Positions 18,720 to 28,682 of a DNA stretch of 64,000 bases are shown here, one piece after another (position 1 is the first letter of the stretch; each line of letters begins with the position of its first letter). The notes beneath the pieces were generated by a model. The model ran no database searches. It worked only from the letters and a program-made list of their open reading frames with translations, and was not told the origin of the DNA. The position numbers were made by a program, and so were the translations under genes. The stretch spans positions 195,399-259,398 of the forward strand of contig CAWEXY010000011.1 of the NCBI GenBank assembly GCA_963813135.1. Direction: 5' to 3'. This DNA comes from an uncultured Verrucomicrobiae bacterium. Lineage in GTDB: Bacteria > Chlamydiota > Chlamydiia > Chlamydiales > Rhabdochlamydiaceae.

Positions 18720-19949
18720 TCAATCAGGCTTGGGGATGCCTTTTTCATAGTTGATTTTGCTGACGAAATGGCCGTCGCTATCAAAAATGGTGGCGATGCC
18801 TTTTCCATTATCGACTCGGGTTATGGGGCGCTGCTCCCATTTTTTATAGTAAGACCCTTTCACGAGGATATCATTTTCATATTCTTCCATGAGCATGAGG
18901 TCGCCTTCTTTGTACCAAGCAAAGGAAAGGCCGTGTTTTTTATTCCCCGCCATCTCGCGCTGACTCTCGAGCACGCCATTTTCATACCATGTGCGCACGA
19001 CGCCCTGGATCGCGTCGTCTTTCCAAGGAATGCAGAGCTTGGGGCGTTTCTCGGAGTAATATTCCCATTCCTCCCCTTCCTTTTTCCCATCTTTGACCAT
19101 GTAGGTGCCGGTAAGCCTGCCTTGGGAATCGAGCTGCTCGACCATTCCTTCGGGCTGTCCTCCTAAATATTCAACAAAAGAAATCAGGACATCGTTTTCG
19201 AAAGTCGCCTGCTTGCCATTTCCCTTTTTGATTTCGGCGATGACTTTTTTCTCAGCATCGAAATAGGTTCCGGTGATGAGAAGATCTTTTTCATACTCTT
19301 CTTTGTAGTGCTTGCCCTCGGACAGCCCGTGTTTGAGGCCTTGGCGGTATTCGAAGCGTTCGGAGAGAGCGCCTGATTCATCGTAGATTTTAGCTGTGCC
19401 ATCGATGGCATCTTTGTGGTAGGGGATCTCTTTAGTGAGTTTGCCATGGGTATAATAGAGGGAAGGTCCTTCAAGCTCTCCTTTTTCGTAAGAGATCTTT
19501 GCCAGAGGACGGCCTTCTTCATCCCAGACGAGGCAGGTCTTGTCAAAGAGCCAGGTGGCCATGGCCATTTCACTCACTTCGGCGACTCCCTCGATCACAT
19601 GGGCTTCGATGCGGAGCATTCCATTGGAGTACCACTCGCGGTATTCTCCGTGCGCTCTGCCATTTTCGATTTCGAGGTATTGCCAAGGCTGGCCGTTGGT
19701 ATGATAGGTGTTGATTTTTGTCCGCAGTTTTCCGTCGAAAGACCTTCCGTAGACGCGTGTGACTTTTTGATACGATTGGGGTTTGGAAAAATCGACATGC
19801 GTAAGAGGCTCTAAGCGTTGTTTGGCGCTGATCGTCTCAGAAAAACCATTGCGATCGACGAGCTGGATAGTGGAGACTTCATCCGCTGCGTTTTCCGTTT
19901 TATGGCTGCAGCCCCAAAGAGTAACAAGGAGCAATAAAATTAAATACAT
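18720..19949 (-). CDS. MORN-variant repeat (YwqK-like) lipoprotein
   Basis: Lipobox LWGC; repeats such as HGEYREWYSNG, EGEEWEYY, QGVVRTWYENG, HGLSFAWYKEG. Confidence 0.85.
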   Translation of the reverse strand: MYLILLLLVTLWGCSHKTENAADEVSTIQLVDRNGFSETISAKQRLEPLTHVDFSKPQSYQKVTRVYGRSFDGKLRTKINTYHTNGQPWQYLEIENGRAHGEYREWYSNGMLRIEAHVIEGVAEVSEMAMATWLFDKTCLVWDEEGRPLAKISYEKGELEGPSLYYTHGKLTKEIPYHKDAIDGTAKIYDESGALSERFEYRQGLKHGLSEGKHYKEEYEKDLLITGTYFDAEKKVIAEIKKGNGKQATFENDVLISFVEYLGGQPEGMVEQLDSQGRLTGTYMVKDGKKEGEEWEYYSEKRPKLCIPWKDDAIQGVVRTWYENGVLESQREMAGNKKHGLSFAWYKEGDLMLMEEYENDILVKGSYYKKWEQRPITRVDNGKGIATIFDSDGHFVSKINYEKGIPKPD

Positions 19950-20494
19950 TACTTAATCCTCTGGGTAAGGTGAAGGTCGATCTCATACACTTCTTCACTG
20001 CCGATCGTCTTCCGCGCTAGTTCAAAATCGCGGATCACGAGCTGCGGCCTTTTCTCTTTCGCAATATACGGATCAATCGAAACACCTTCAATAAAAACCA
20101 GGAATTTTTTGAGGTCGTCGCCATTCATAAATACGGGGCGTGCGAGTTTAAAATCGGTTTCTTTGAATCCAAAAGCGCTGCGCTCCGACTCTTCCTTCCA
20201 TTGGAGGCGGTTGGACCGGAATGCATCGAGCGCTTGATGCATGCCTGCAATCTGTAAACGGCGGATTTGGGGCTGCGCCAAAGACAAAGTTTCGCTTTCG
20301 GCGGTAAGATAATCGGGTTTGCTGTCTTGCAGGCGGGAAAGGATCTGCTGTTTTTGGGCAGCGATGCGGGCAATGATCCTTTGCTCTCTTTCAATGTCCG
20401 AGACAGTGCGCGAAGTTTCTTGCAGGGCATCATAGCGGATATGCAAAAAGAAGAGGACCAAAGCCAGAGGAAGAAGAGAGAGAAGTTTTTTCAT
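19949..20494 (-). CDS. Conserved hypothetical protein with N-terminal membrane anchor
   Basis: N-terminal TM segment plus coiled coil; translationally coupled within the operon. Confidence 0.7.
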   Translation of the reverse strand: MKKLLSLLPLALVLFFLHIRYDALQETSRTVSDIEREQRIIARIAAQKQQILSRLQDSKPDYLTAESETLSLAQPQIRRLQIAGMHQALDAFRSNRLQWKEESERSAFGFKETDFKLARPVFMNGDDLKKFLVFIEGVSIDPYIAKEKRPQLVIRDFELARKTIGSEEVYEIDLHLTQRIK

Positions 20495-21606
20495 GCGCTC
20501 TCCCTTAGGCAAAATACCATTTTATATTGGTCTTGGTCCGGGGCGAGGGTAACTCCTGATTTTGCGTTGACTAGGGGATCGCCTAGGACCTGCTCCCGAA
20601 AGCTCCGCGCTGCCGCGGGCGTGGGGGCCAAAAACGTCAGTTCGATTTTGACGACGAGACTATCGAGAAAACTATAATGGAGCGAAGTGATGTCCACTTC
20701 GGAAGGCTTAAGGGCGAGCCAGGCCATGACGTCGGAGACCTGCTGCGAGGGAGGGGAAAGCGGGAGTTCTTTTTTCTTTTCTTTCAACTCCAGCAGTGTG
20801 GTTGCTATTTTTTCTTTGAGAGGGCCGCCGCCGAGCCGTTTTTCTAGGCCGCGGCGGTGATAAGCGAGAAGACCCTCTCCCAGGCCCCAGACTGCCGCAG
20901 CTAGAATAAGAGCGGCAGCGATATAGCGTACATGCGTTCGTTTTTTTAAATGCTGCTGCTGCTGAGAGACAAAAGATCCTGTGCGTAATTGAACTTTATC
21001 GAGGGAAAGTCCAATAGCGACGGCCATGGCGTCGGCTTGAAGGTGCTCGGCCTGGGGAAATTTAGACTGGAGGAAGGCTTTGAGCCGGTCGAATTCCTCA
21101 AAACTTTGGCTGAAAACAATTTTCCCGTTTTGGCAGACGACGCAGCTGCGGTCGTAGAAAATGGCGACGTCCGCTTTGTCCGGATAAGAGAATTTAGCCC
21201 ACTGGGCAAGAGCTGTGGGAATGGTCGCCACTTGGAAGGGATCGATCCCTAAGAGTTGGAATTCGGCGATATGCTGCTCTAAAAAAATTCTTTTCGTCGC
21301 AAGCAAAACAACGTCGGTCCCCTTTTTCGATCGCAGGAATTCGGGGTAGAGAATAGCTTCGGCGAGAGGATAGGGAATGATCCCTTCGGCCTGAAAAGGA
21401 ATGGCAGAAAATATTTGAGACCGCCGCTTGAGCTTGAAAAAAAGCTCTCGTTTTAAGACTTTGTCGACATCGAGGCCCGTAATGGTAGGACTGTCAAAGG
21501 GCTTTACATCTTCTAGGGAGCAGGTCTTGGTCTCGAGAAGACGCCCGCGATCGACCGTCGCGATGTAGAGAGTAGAGCCTTCCTTATGGATCCCGATGGT
21601 TTGCAT
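20491..21606 (-). CDS. Conserved hypothetical protein, PilM/GspL-like architecture
   Basis: N-terminal IGI...LYIA, IPFQAEGIIPYPL, one central TM helix, C-terminal periplasmic part. Confidence 0.6.
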   Translation of the reverse strand: MQTIGIHKEGSTLYIATVDRGRLLETKTCSLEDVKPFDSPTITGLDVDKVLKRELFFKLKRRSQIFSAIPFQAEGIIPYPLAEAILYPEFLRSKKGTDVVLLATKRIFLEQHIAEFQLLGIDPFQVATIPTALAQWAKFSYPDKADVAIFYDRSCVVCQNGKIVFSQSFEEFDRLKAFLQSKFPQAEHLQADAMAVAIGLSLDKVQLRTGSFVSQQQQHLKKRTHVRYIAAALILAAAVWGLGEGLLAYHRRGLEKRLGGGPLKEKIATTLLELKEKKKELPLSPPSQQVSDVMAWLALKPSEVDITSLHYSFLDSLVVKIELTFLAPTPAAARSFREQVLGDPLVNAKSGVTLAPDQDQYKMVFCLRESA

Positions 21607-21656
21607 ATCGACATTTTACGATTTAATTCTTTTTCCCCAACAGGTATCATTTAGAC

Positions 21657-21908
21657 ATGATTGGACAAATTATTCATTATGTATTTTTGGCCTATACGAT
21701 TGTTTTGGCCGTGCGGATCATCGGATCCTGGTTTCCGGGTTTCGCTACCCATCCTTATATGGGGGTGATGGCCCAAATAACCGACCCTTATCTTAATTTT
21801 TTCCGAAGGGTTGTCCCGCCCATCGGGGGGACGTTGGACTTAAGCCCTATTTTGGGTTTTCTCGTCCTCCAGTTCACCGAAGGTCTTCTCCGTGCCATTT
21901 TTAAGTAA
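21657..21908 (+). CDS. YggT-family membrane protein
   Basis: RIIGSWFP, ITDPYLNFFRRVVPPIGGTLDLSPI. Confidence 0.9.
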   Translation: MIGQIIHYVFLAYTIVLAVRIIGSWFPGFATHPYMGVMAQITDPYLNFFRRVVPPIGGTLDLSPILGFLVLQFTEGLLRAIFK

Positions 21909-22938
21909 ACCCTTTCAGCTGGGGAGCTTGACGCTTCCCTCGAATGTTTTTTGCGCGCCCTTGGCGGGATGCTCCGACCTTCCTTTTCGGCGGATGACCA
22001 AGAAATACCGCCCGGGTCTGATCTACTGTGAAATGGTCAAGATGGACGCTCTTGTCCGCCACGACCCCAATACCTATCATCTTCTCGATTTTGAAAAAGA
22101 GATGCACCCCATCGGGGCCCAAATCTGTGGAAGTAAAGCCAGCATGGCCGGCCCTGCGGCTAAAATTATTGAGGACCTCGGTTTTGATGTTGTTGACCTC
22201 AATTGCGGCTGCCCCGTCGATAAGGTCACCAAAGATGGCAGCGGGTCGGGCCTTTTAAAGACGCCTTTCCTGATCGGAGAGCTCATTTCTAATATGGTTG
22301 CCGCGGTGAAAATCCCGGTCACTGTCAAAATCCGCGCCGGCTGGGACGAGCAGCATATCAATGGCGCTGAAATTACGCGCATCGCGGAAAGCGCCGGGGC
22401 TGCCGCCATCTGTATCCATGGAAGGACTAGGGCGCAGGGCTACAAAGGCCCGGCGAACTGGAAATGGATCCGCGAGTGCCGGGAAGCGGCGAAGAAAATT
22501 TTGGTGATTGGCAATGGCGATCTTTTTGCCGCCGAAGATGCGCCAAGGATGTTTGAGGAGACGGGATGCGACGCGCTCCTTCTTTCTCGGGGCACGATGG
22601 GCCAGCCTTGGCTGATCGAAGACATCTATCGCCATTTAGAAGGCGAGCCTCCTTTGCAGCGTACAGCGGCCGATTACCGCGCCGAGCTTCTGGAGCATCT
22701 CGGCCATGTTGTTTCGTATCATCCCGATCGCAAAGCGGCCATGGAGATGCGCCGTATCGGCTGCTGGTATTTGAAGCGCGGCAAAGGCGCGCGCAAATTG
22801 CGGGAAAAGATCAATCAAAGCAGGACAGTCGCTGAAACGCGCCAGCATATTTTAGATTTTACATGGGACGAAATTGATTTTTCGTATGTATTCGGGGACA
22901 TTGACGCCCTCTCTGGGGCTGGGGGGACTGGCAGCTGA
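21892..22938 (+). CDS. dusB: tRNA-dihydrouridine synthase B; C-terminal residues supplied by an inserted MITE
   Basis: APLAGCSDLPFR, DLNCGCP, GSGLL, PVTVKIRAGWD, IHGRTRAQGY, GNGD. Confidence 0.93.
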   Translation: MPFLSKPFQLGSLTLPSNVFCAPLAGCSDLPFRRMTKKYRPGLIYCEMVKMDALVRHDPNTYHLLDFEKEMHPIGAQICGSKASMAGPAAKIIEDLGFDVVDLNCGCPVDKVTKDGSGSGLLKTPFLIGELISNMVAAVKIPVTVKIRAGWDEQHINGAEITRIAESAGAAAICIHGRTRAQGYKGPANWKWIRECREAAKKILVIGNGDLFAAEDAPRMFEETGCDALLLSRGTMGQPWLIEDIYRHLEGEPPLQRTAADYRAELLEHLGHVVSYHPDRKAAMEMRRIGCWYLKRGKGARKLREKINQSRTVAETRQHILDFTWDEIDFSYVFGDIDALSGAGGTGS

Positions 22939-23088
22939 AGCTGCCCTTGGCCAATCCCGGCGTTGCCCTGGCTTCGCCAACCCCATAAAGGGGTTGTCTG
23001 CATCGGGCGCCTTGGGAACGCTTGCTTTGCAAGCTTTGGCCACCCCGCATTCCCCATATAAGGTATCAATGTCCCCGAATACATACGA
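22882..23088. mobile_element. 207-bp MITE-like element with 23-bp perfect terminal inverted repeats
   Basis: TCGTATGTATTCGGGGACATTGA (22882-22904) / TCAATGTCCCCGAATACATACGA (23066-23088), flanked by T-runs; empty-site homologue at 28683-28740. Confidence 0.85.
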
Positions 23089-23107
23089 TTTTCCGAGGAA
23101 GAGGTCA

Positions 23108-23371
23108 TTGAAAACGCAGCTGGATGTGATATTTAAAGGTGAGGTGCAAGGCGTGGGCTTTCGGGCGACGTGCCGCCGCATTGCTCATCGTCTAGGTCTG
23201 ACGGGCTTTGCGCGTAATTTGCCCAGCGGCGACGTCGAGTTGCTCGCCCAGGGCGAAAAGGCTTCTTTAGAGGCCATGCTCAGAGAGCTTAAATCCAATT
23301 TTTCCATCACAGAACAGGAAGAAAACTTTTCGGCGCCGACAAAAATCTACGAGGATTTTTCTGTTGGCTGA
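23108..23371 (+). CDS. acyP: Acylphosphatase
   Basis: GEVQGVGFR, GLTGFARNLPSGDVE; TTG start assumed. Confidence 0.9.
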   Translation: MKTQLDVIFKGEVQGVGFRATCRRIAHRLGLTGFARNLPSGDVELLAQGEKASLEAMLRELKSNFSITEQEENFSAPTKIYEDFSVG

Positions 23372-23507
23372 CTTTTTAACTGGATCACATGCATAAGCAA
23401 CAAGTTCTTAGCCTTTTAAGGCAAATTTCTTTACAATGGAGTCGACAAAAAAAAGTGGGTAAAAAAAAGACAAAAATTTTGAAATTCTAAGTGCATAGGA
23501 GGTACTT

Positions 23508-24329
23508 ATGAACCCTTATCACAGAATGTTTGAAAAAACGAGGACTTCTCCTCGGTATGATCAATTCTTAAAGCTTGTAAATCCATTAAAAGATCATTTT
23601 GGGATTAACCACTTTTGGTATTACAGAATTACCAAAACAGGGCTTTACTCATATATTGGCATGCATACGCAATGGGATGAGTTTTGTTTCGGAGATAGTT
23701 CTGTTGCAGAAATGCAAGAGCGTATTCGAACCCTTACCAATTTAAATGGCCTTCAATTGATGCAAACTCTCGCAAGCGATAGCGAGGCTATTAGAGAGAT
23801 ATTTGATATGGCTTGGCACAAATTTAAGATTCGTTTTAGCTTAAATTTCGGCAAAGAAACGGCTGTAGGGATCGAAGGGTATGGATTCGCGTCCTATTTC
23901 AGCGACTATAAAGCCGACGAAAGGTTGTTGAACCAGCTGCCGCTGCTCCAATATTTTGCTCAGAATCTTCGGGCTAAAAATAGAAAGATTTTTGAGCTGC
24001 TCGACGATAACCAAGTCGATCTTTTTTCCCTATATGGAATGGATTTTATGGCCCGCCCTGATGCTGTTCGATTCCCTCGGGATAAAACCCAACTTCTCTA
24101 TCAGTTAGAACTTGGATCGGTGCTCGAGCTCAGCTCTTTCGAGCTCGAAGTTTTTCGTTTTCTCCGTTATGGCTATCCAGCGCGGTATATCGCCAAACAA
24201 CTTCGCAAAAGCGTAAGAACAATCGAAAATTACATGGCAGTGATTAAAGAAAAGCTCGGCTGTCATTCCAAGGTCCAGCTGATCCAAAAAGCCCAGGAAA
24301 TCGACTCCATCGGCTACTTCAACGCATAA
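23508..24329 (+). CDS. LuxR-family transcriptional regulator (solo, C-terminal HTH)
   Basis: LSSFELEVFRFLRYGYPARYIAKQLRKSVRTIENYMAVIKEKLGCHSKVQLI; RBS AGGAGG. Confidence 0.85.
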   Translation: MNPYHRMFEKTRTSPRYDQFLKLVNPLKDHFGINHFWYYRITKTGLYSYIGMHTQWDEFCFGDSSVAEMQERIRTLTNLNGLQLMQTLASDSEAIREIFDMAWHKFKIRFSLNFGKETAVGIEGYGFASYFSDYKADERLLNQLPLLQYFAQNLRAKNRKIFELLDDNQVDLFSLYGMDFMARPDAVRFPRDKTQLLYQLELGSVLELSSFELEVFRFLRYGYPARYIAKQLRKSVRTIENYMAVIKEKLGCHSKVQLIQKAQEIDSIGYFNA

Positions 24330-24483
24330 GCATAGATTCACTTTTTTACACCCCTTCGGCTCAAGAGAAGGGAGTATTTTATACTTGCTTGTTTGGTGTT
24401 TAGCACTCTCCGATAAATGGCCCCTTTGCCGCTTATAATGGCAGGTACCTTCAAGTGAAGGTATAACCAAAAAGGAGAAATTT

Positions 24484-24816
24484 ATGCCAGTGCAAGCAGC
24501 CGGTATCCCAAATGTGCCTCAAAGTGTGCATATTAGTTGGGATAAAGAGATCACAAAAAAGAATCTTAAAGAAACAGTAAAAAAGGGCCTCGATTTTGCT
24601 GCGCCTCATGCGAGAACTATAGCGCATGTGGCGGTGGAGGCATGTTCTAATCGCAGTCCGACCACAGCGGAGGCTGTTCTGGTTGACGAAGGTGTTACCC
24701 TTGCCAAAGGGTGTGTCCAAGGAGCTTGCGACAAAACAATCGATGTTACCGTCGATGCTGCCCATACGGCTTCCATCAAATCAGCACAGTGTTTTAAGAA
24801 AAGATGCCGCTGCTGA
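24484..24816 (+). CDS. Hypothetical protein
   Basis: 110-aa ORF with RBS AAGGAG. Confidence 0.6.
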   Translation: MPVQAAGIPNVPQSVHISWDKEITKKNLKETVKKGLDFAAPHARTIAHVAVEACSNRSPTTAEAVLVDEGVTLAKGCVQGACDKTIDVTVDAAHTASIKSAQCFKKRCRC

Positions 24817-24916
24817 TTACCCGCCATTCTTGCCAAGCGCAAGAAATGGAGAGCAGACTGGCCCTGCAAAGGGCCGGTCGCTCAATGGCAAAGTTAAATT
24901 AGGAGAAAGTGTATAT

Positions 24917-26950
24917 ATGACAGCACTAGTCACAGGAGTTAAGCGCGATGCTTATCTAGAAAATAGAATCTTTCTACGTCAGTATGATCCAGATGATGCT
25001 TCAGGAGCTGAAAGGTTAGAATTAGAAATCACTCACAAAAAATCTGGTGGCATTTTAAGAGAAACGCTGGATGTAGGAAATAGTTCGGTTAAAAAAACCT
25101 TTTCAAAATCCTTAAAGAAACGTTGTCATTTGCTGAGGCCATTCTGTTCTTTAGTTGCAGCAACTCCTACCGATGGGGCTTTAAAAAATCCGGAAAGTCT
25201 TCAACACACATGGGAGGTTGGCGAAGGTAGCATCGAATTATACCTCATAAATAATCAACGTTATAAACAGGCCAGTGAATTTGCAAAAAAATGTTTCGAA
25301 CTTCAGGAGGTGTTTAACAAGAAATTGAATAAATTTCGGATTTTTCAAAACCCATTAGAAATAGCTATACTGAAATGTCTAACAAGTAAAGTAACAAAAA
25401 TGTATAAAAAATGGGATCAAGATGCTAATGACGCAAAAGATAAAAATCTGCTGATTAGAATTCCTGGCCCAAATGTATCTGAAATATACATTCCCGATTC
25501 TTACCCACATGGCACAATTCAATCATTATTAGATTATAAAGGAATAAAACAACTTAATAATAAGCTTGCCAAGCTGCCCAAATCATCAGTTGCTATAGAT
25601 GATAGTTTAATCAAATATAGCGATAGTCTTATTTGCAGATGGATTGTTGGCGATAAAGTAATAACACTTAATTGTCGGACAGAGAACAAAGAAGCGTTGG
25701 CTCGCCCATGGAATTCTATCGCATTGAAATTTTGCAATCTAATGACGAAAATTGAAAAGCTTAAAAAATTACCCTGTGGGCATCGGATTGAAGGGAAAGA
25801 GGGAGGAGTGGTAGCAAGTCTTCTTTTTGGAATCGGCTCGTTATTTGGAGCTGAAGATACCCGTGAAAGGGTTGTTACACAACCTGAAAATTTAGCCCTA
25901 AAAACACTATACCAAAGAATTTTATCTGAAACCGCTCGTTTGTGCAGCGCTGGCTATATAAAAAATTCGGATTTGGCGCAGCAATTTCGTAACCCGACAA
26001 AAAAGTTAGAGTTTCGGATTGCATCCATTGAGCAGCCTGATCATAACATCCAAACTTTTGCTCCCTCTATACTAGATGGAAGAACTGTAGATCAAGCTAT
26101 TGACTTCTTTAAGCAGTGCGATCCATTTGTTGATGACAACTCTGTACTTTTTGTTGAACCTTCATGTTCCGTGGATGGCTGGTCGGAGCCTATAGATTGT
26201 TCTGATAAGAGATTTCGTTATTTAGAAAGATGCGATAATGCCATCTGGCGATTATTTGATGAATTCACCTGCACAGCAAGTTCGATCCTCGCTAGTCCGA
26301 ATTGCGTGAAAATAATGGATGCCATATCCGAAGAATCAGCCGAGATAAAAGATTGGTATTTAAGAAAGCTAGTTGTAAAAATTGATAATGATGATACGCT
26401 TTTGTTTAATAGAATAAATTCTATGGAATTTAAGTTCACATCTGCTTTTAAAGAGAATTTATTTTTAACTGAAAATTCATGGATTGTCACCCTCATCAGC
26501 TATAGTGAGCCACTTCCAGGTTGTTCTGTGGGCGACTCACAAGGTCATGCAATGCTTTTCTATGAAGGAATGAAGAAAGGACTCCCCTTTAGAAAATATA
26601 TTCATTTAACAGATTCAGAGAGAATAAAAGCACAAACAATGGAAATACATAAATCTGTTTCATTTAGAAAAATGTTAGGGCCATACATTGTTAAAAGCGA
26701 GCAAGTCGAATTGATGGAAAAAGAATGCGATGGTAAGACGCGTCCTTTTGATAAGCTTGGTCCAATCAAAAATTTCATTGGGTGTAGAAAACCAGGATCT
26801 AAGGGATATGTGTATAATTGTTTAACTTTCTGCATCACGACAATGAATCGATATTTTGGTTCTAATTTGCCCTATCCCACACATCCAGGGCCCGATCGAT
26901 ATATTCAAGAGGCAAATGAAAGAGCAGCCGCAGGAAATAGTAACAGGTAA
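24917..26950 (+). CDS. Hypothetical protein; possible C-terminal permuted papain-like domain
   Basis: Long AT-rich ORF, RBS AGGAG before MTALV; GHAMLFYEG followed by YNCLTFC. Confidence 0.7.
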   Translation: MTALVTGVKRDAYLENRIFLRQYDPDDASGAERLELEITHKKSGGILRETLDVGNSSVKKTFSKSLKKRCHLLRPFCSLVAATPTDGALKNPESLQHTWEVGEGSIELYLINNQRYKQASEFAKKCFELQEVFNKKLNKFRIFQNPLEIAILKCLTSKVTKMYKKWDQDANDAKDKNLLIRIPGPNVSEIYIPDSYPHGTIQSLLDYKGIKQLNNKLAKLPKSSVAIDDSLIKYSDSLICRWIVGDKVITLNCRTENKEALARPWNSIALKFCNLMTKIEKLKKLPCGHRIEGKEGGVVASLLFGIGSLFGAEDTRERVVTQPENLALKTLYQRILSETARLCSAGYIKNSDLAQQFRNPTKKLEFRIASIEQPDHNIQTFAPSILDGRTVDQAIDFFKQCDPFVDDNSVLFVEPSCSVDGWSEPIDCSDKRFRYLERCDNAIWRLFDEFTCTASSILASPNCVKIMDAISEESAEIKDWYLRKLVVKIDNDDTLLFNRINSMEFKFTSAFKENLFLTENSWIVTLISYSEPLPGCSVGDSQGHAMLFYEGMKKGLPFRKYIHLTDSERIKAQTMEIHKSVSFRKMLGPYIVKSEQVELMEKECDGKTRPFDKLGPIKNFIGCRKPGSKGYVYNCLTFCITTMNRYFGSNLPYPTHPGPDRYIQEANERAAAGNSNR

Positions 26951-26985
26951 CGGCAGCCTGCAACTTTAAAATAAAAGGAGGCTAT

Positions 26986-28221
26986 ATGGCCACAGTAGTT
27001 TCAGCAGGATTTAAGATGGGTGAAGCACTGGCTTTAAGATCGGTGCTCGACGATTTGCAGAAAAGGGTGGATGGTTCCATTCAACAGGCGATCAATGTGG
27101 GAGAAAATGCAGGAATACGCCTGGAATTGGAAGCAGGAAGGCAGGTTACCCTGGCGATCCAGAATGCTAAAAATGCTTATCTGGAGAGTTTGGATCAAAC
27201 AGTTGACCGCCTAGATGCTGTAGCTCGGTCGAGTCTTAATTCTCTTGCTTCCATGGTGCAAGAGATGGAAAACAAGGGTTCTTTAGAAATTAGCCGCATT
27301 GAAGCTGCGGCCCAACAGCTGATCAATACGCTCCCGTTTGCCAATACACATCCGCAATTGAAGAGCGTGCAGCCAAAATATGTTGTCTTGCCCAGTTCGG
27401 GTCGAGAGCTCACTCTGCAATTTTGGGGGAATTTCAAGGATGCTGCTCATCAACAATATGAGCCTTCTCTCGAAGTCGGCGGCCGTGTATATCACCCTAT
27501 AAGCACGACGACGCAGAATCTGGCTTTTAGATGTTTCATAGATAAAACGAGCACGAGCCAATTTTCCTGCTTATCGGGTCTGTTGAAAATTCCTTTTGAA
27601 GCGGGAAAATTTTTTACCGAGAAATCCGTCGCCGAATATAAGATTTTGCTCCAAGTCCTTCCATCGAGCCCAGGGAAAATTAAGGTATATTACACCTCTA
27701 AACAATCGGAAAAAATCATGCAAAATAAAACAGTTACTATTAATGCGCGGGCGGATAACGACTTTCCTGCACGCTCGGTAACTAAAACCGCAGTCATACA
27801 TCCAGATTCAGGTTGGTCGATAGATCCCAGCTCCGTCCAAGGTCCTTTTGTGCATAAGGGCGCCCATGGCTCTCATGGTCAGCCTCAGATAGTCAGCAAA
27901 GATAGTAATCAAATTGTCGCACAGGTAGGCTTGTCGGCCGTAGACGGCAAACATATGGGACGTATTGCATACGATGTTAGATTCTTCCAAGTACAACAAG
28001 TCCAGAAAATTGAAAAACGTCAAGAAGAGCTGGTTATCTTATGGCAAAATTCCAAAGTTTTGGATCATGAAAATAATGAAGAAGTTCACAAAATCGAGTT
28101 TGATGCATTTGACGGGACTCATTCAGAATATGCGGGCCCTGATTTAAATAATCCCTACCTTAAAATTCGTTATGCCAATGGAAAATATCAGTTAAGTGCT
28201 GAAATGCCGCAGGATTTTTGA
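26986..28221 (+). CDS. Hypothetical protein (helical N-terminus, beta-rich C-terminus)
   Basis: 411-aa ORF with RBS AAGGAGG. Confidence 0.75.
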   Translation: MATVVSAGFKMGEALALRSVLDDLQKRVDGSIQQAINVGENAGIRLELEAGRQVTLAIQNAKNAYLESLDQTVDRLDAVARSSLNSLASMVQEMENKGSLEISRIEAAAQQLINTLPFANTHPQLKSVQPKYVVLPSSGRELTLQFWGNFKDAAHQQYEPSLEVGGRVYHPISTTTQNLAFRCFIDKTSTSQFSCLSGLLKIPFEAGKFFTEKSVAEYKILLQVLPSSPGKIKVYYTSKQSEKIMQNKTVTINARADNDFPARSVTKTAVIHPDSGWSIDPSSVQGPFVHKGAHGSHGQPQIVSKDSNQIVAQVGLSAVDGKHMGRIAYDVRFFQVQQVQKIEKRQEELVILWQNSKVLDHENNEEVHKIEFDAFDGTHSEYAGPDLNNPYLKIRYANGKYQLSAEMPQDF

Positions 28222-28376
28222 GTGCGGTTTGAGCGCCTTAGGAAATTCCTCAAATTGACCTCGTTTTTTATCTTCTTCCACGGAACTTACTCCTTTTTTA
28301 GACAACTTAACCGGAGTATACTCCTTTTAAGTTCCTCAAGGACCAGTATAAGCAACTAAAGATTAGCACATTGGTA

Positions 28377-28682
28377 TGAGACTATCGAGGCTTTTTGACG
28401 ATAGAATTTTGATTTTCGAACGAAGAGAAGAAAGCGCGAAGCTTATCGAGGGCTTTGCGGCGGTGTGAAATGCGGTTTTTGAGCATCTCTTCAATTTGCG
28501 CAAAGGTCTCGGACGCATTTTTGGAGTCCTTCGGGAGATGCGACGGCCAGAAAACATTCGAAGTAGGCTTGGCGGTTGGGATCTGTCAGATCGCGCATTT
28601 CGCGCAGAAGCTTGTGCTGATTTTTCGCATCAGTGGCGTGCTCGCCAGCAAACCTTGCAGAAACGACGCCCGGGGCACCGCC
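28377..28682 (-). pseudogene. Diverged rdgB 3'-half remnant with an internal 89-bp deletion
   Basis: Aligns to 31190-31584 with mostly silent substitutions; deletion lies between two CGCAAAGG microhomologies (31312 and 31401). Confidence 0.85.

Noticed and set aside
18720..19949. YwqK-like protein as the antitoxin of a toxin-antitoxin system
   Set aside because: The similarity reflects generic MORN-variant repeats; it is a lipoprotein in a core operon with no adjacent toxin.
22874..23107. N-terminal extension of the acylphosphatase ORF (165 aa)
   Set aside because: The extension is MITE sequence; acylphosphatase similarity starts at about 23108.
24626..24916. 5' extension of the 774-aa ORF
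   Set aside because: It overlaps the preceding gene; a good RBS precedes ATG 24917.
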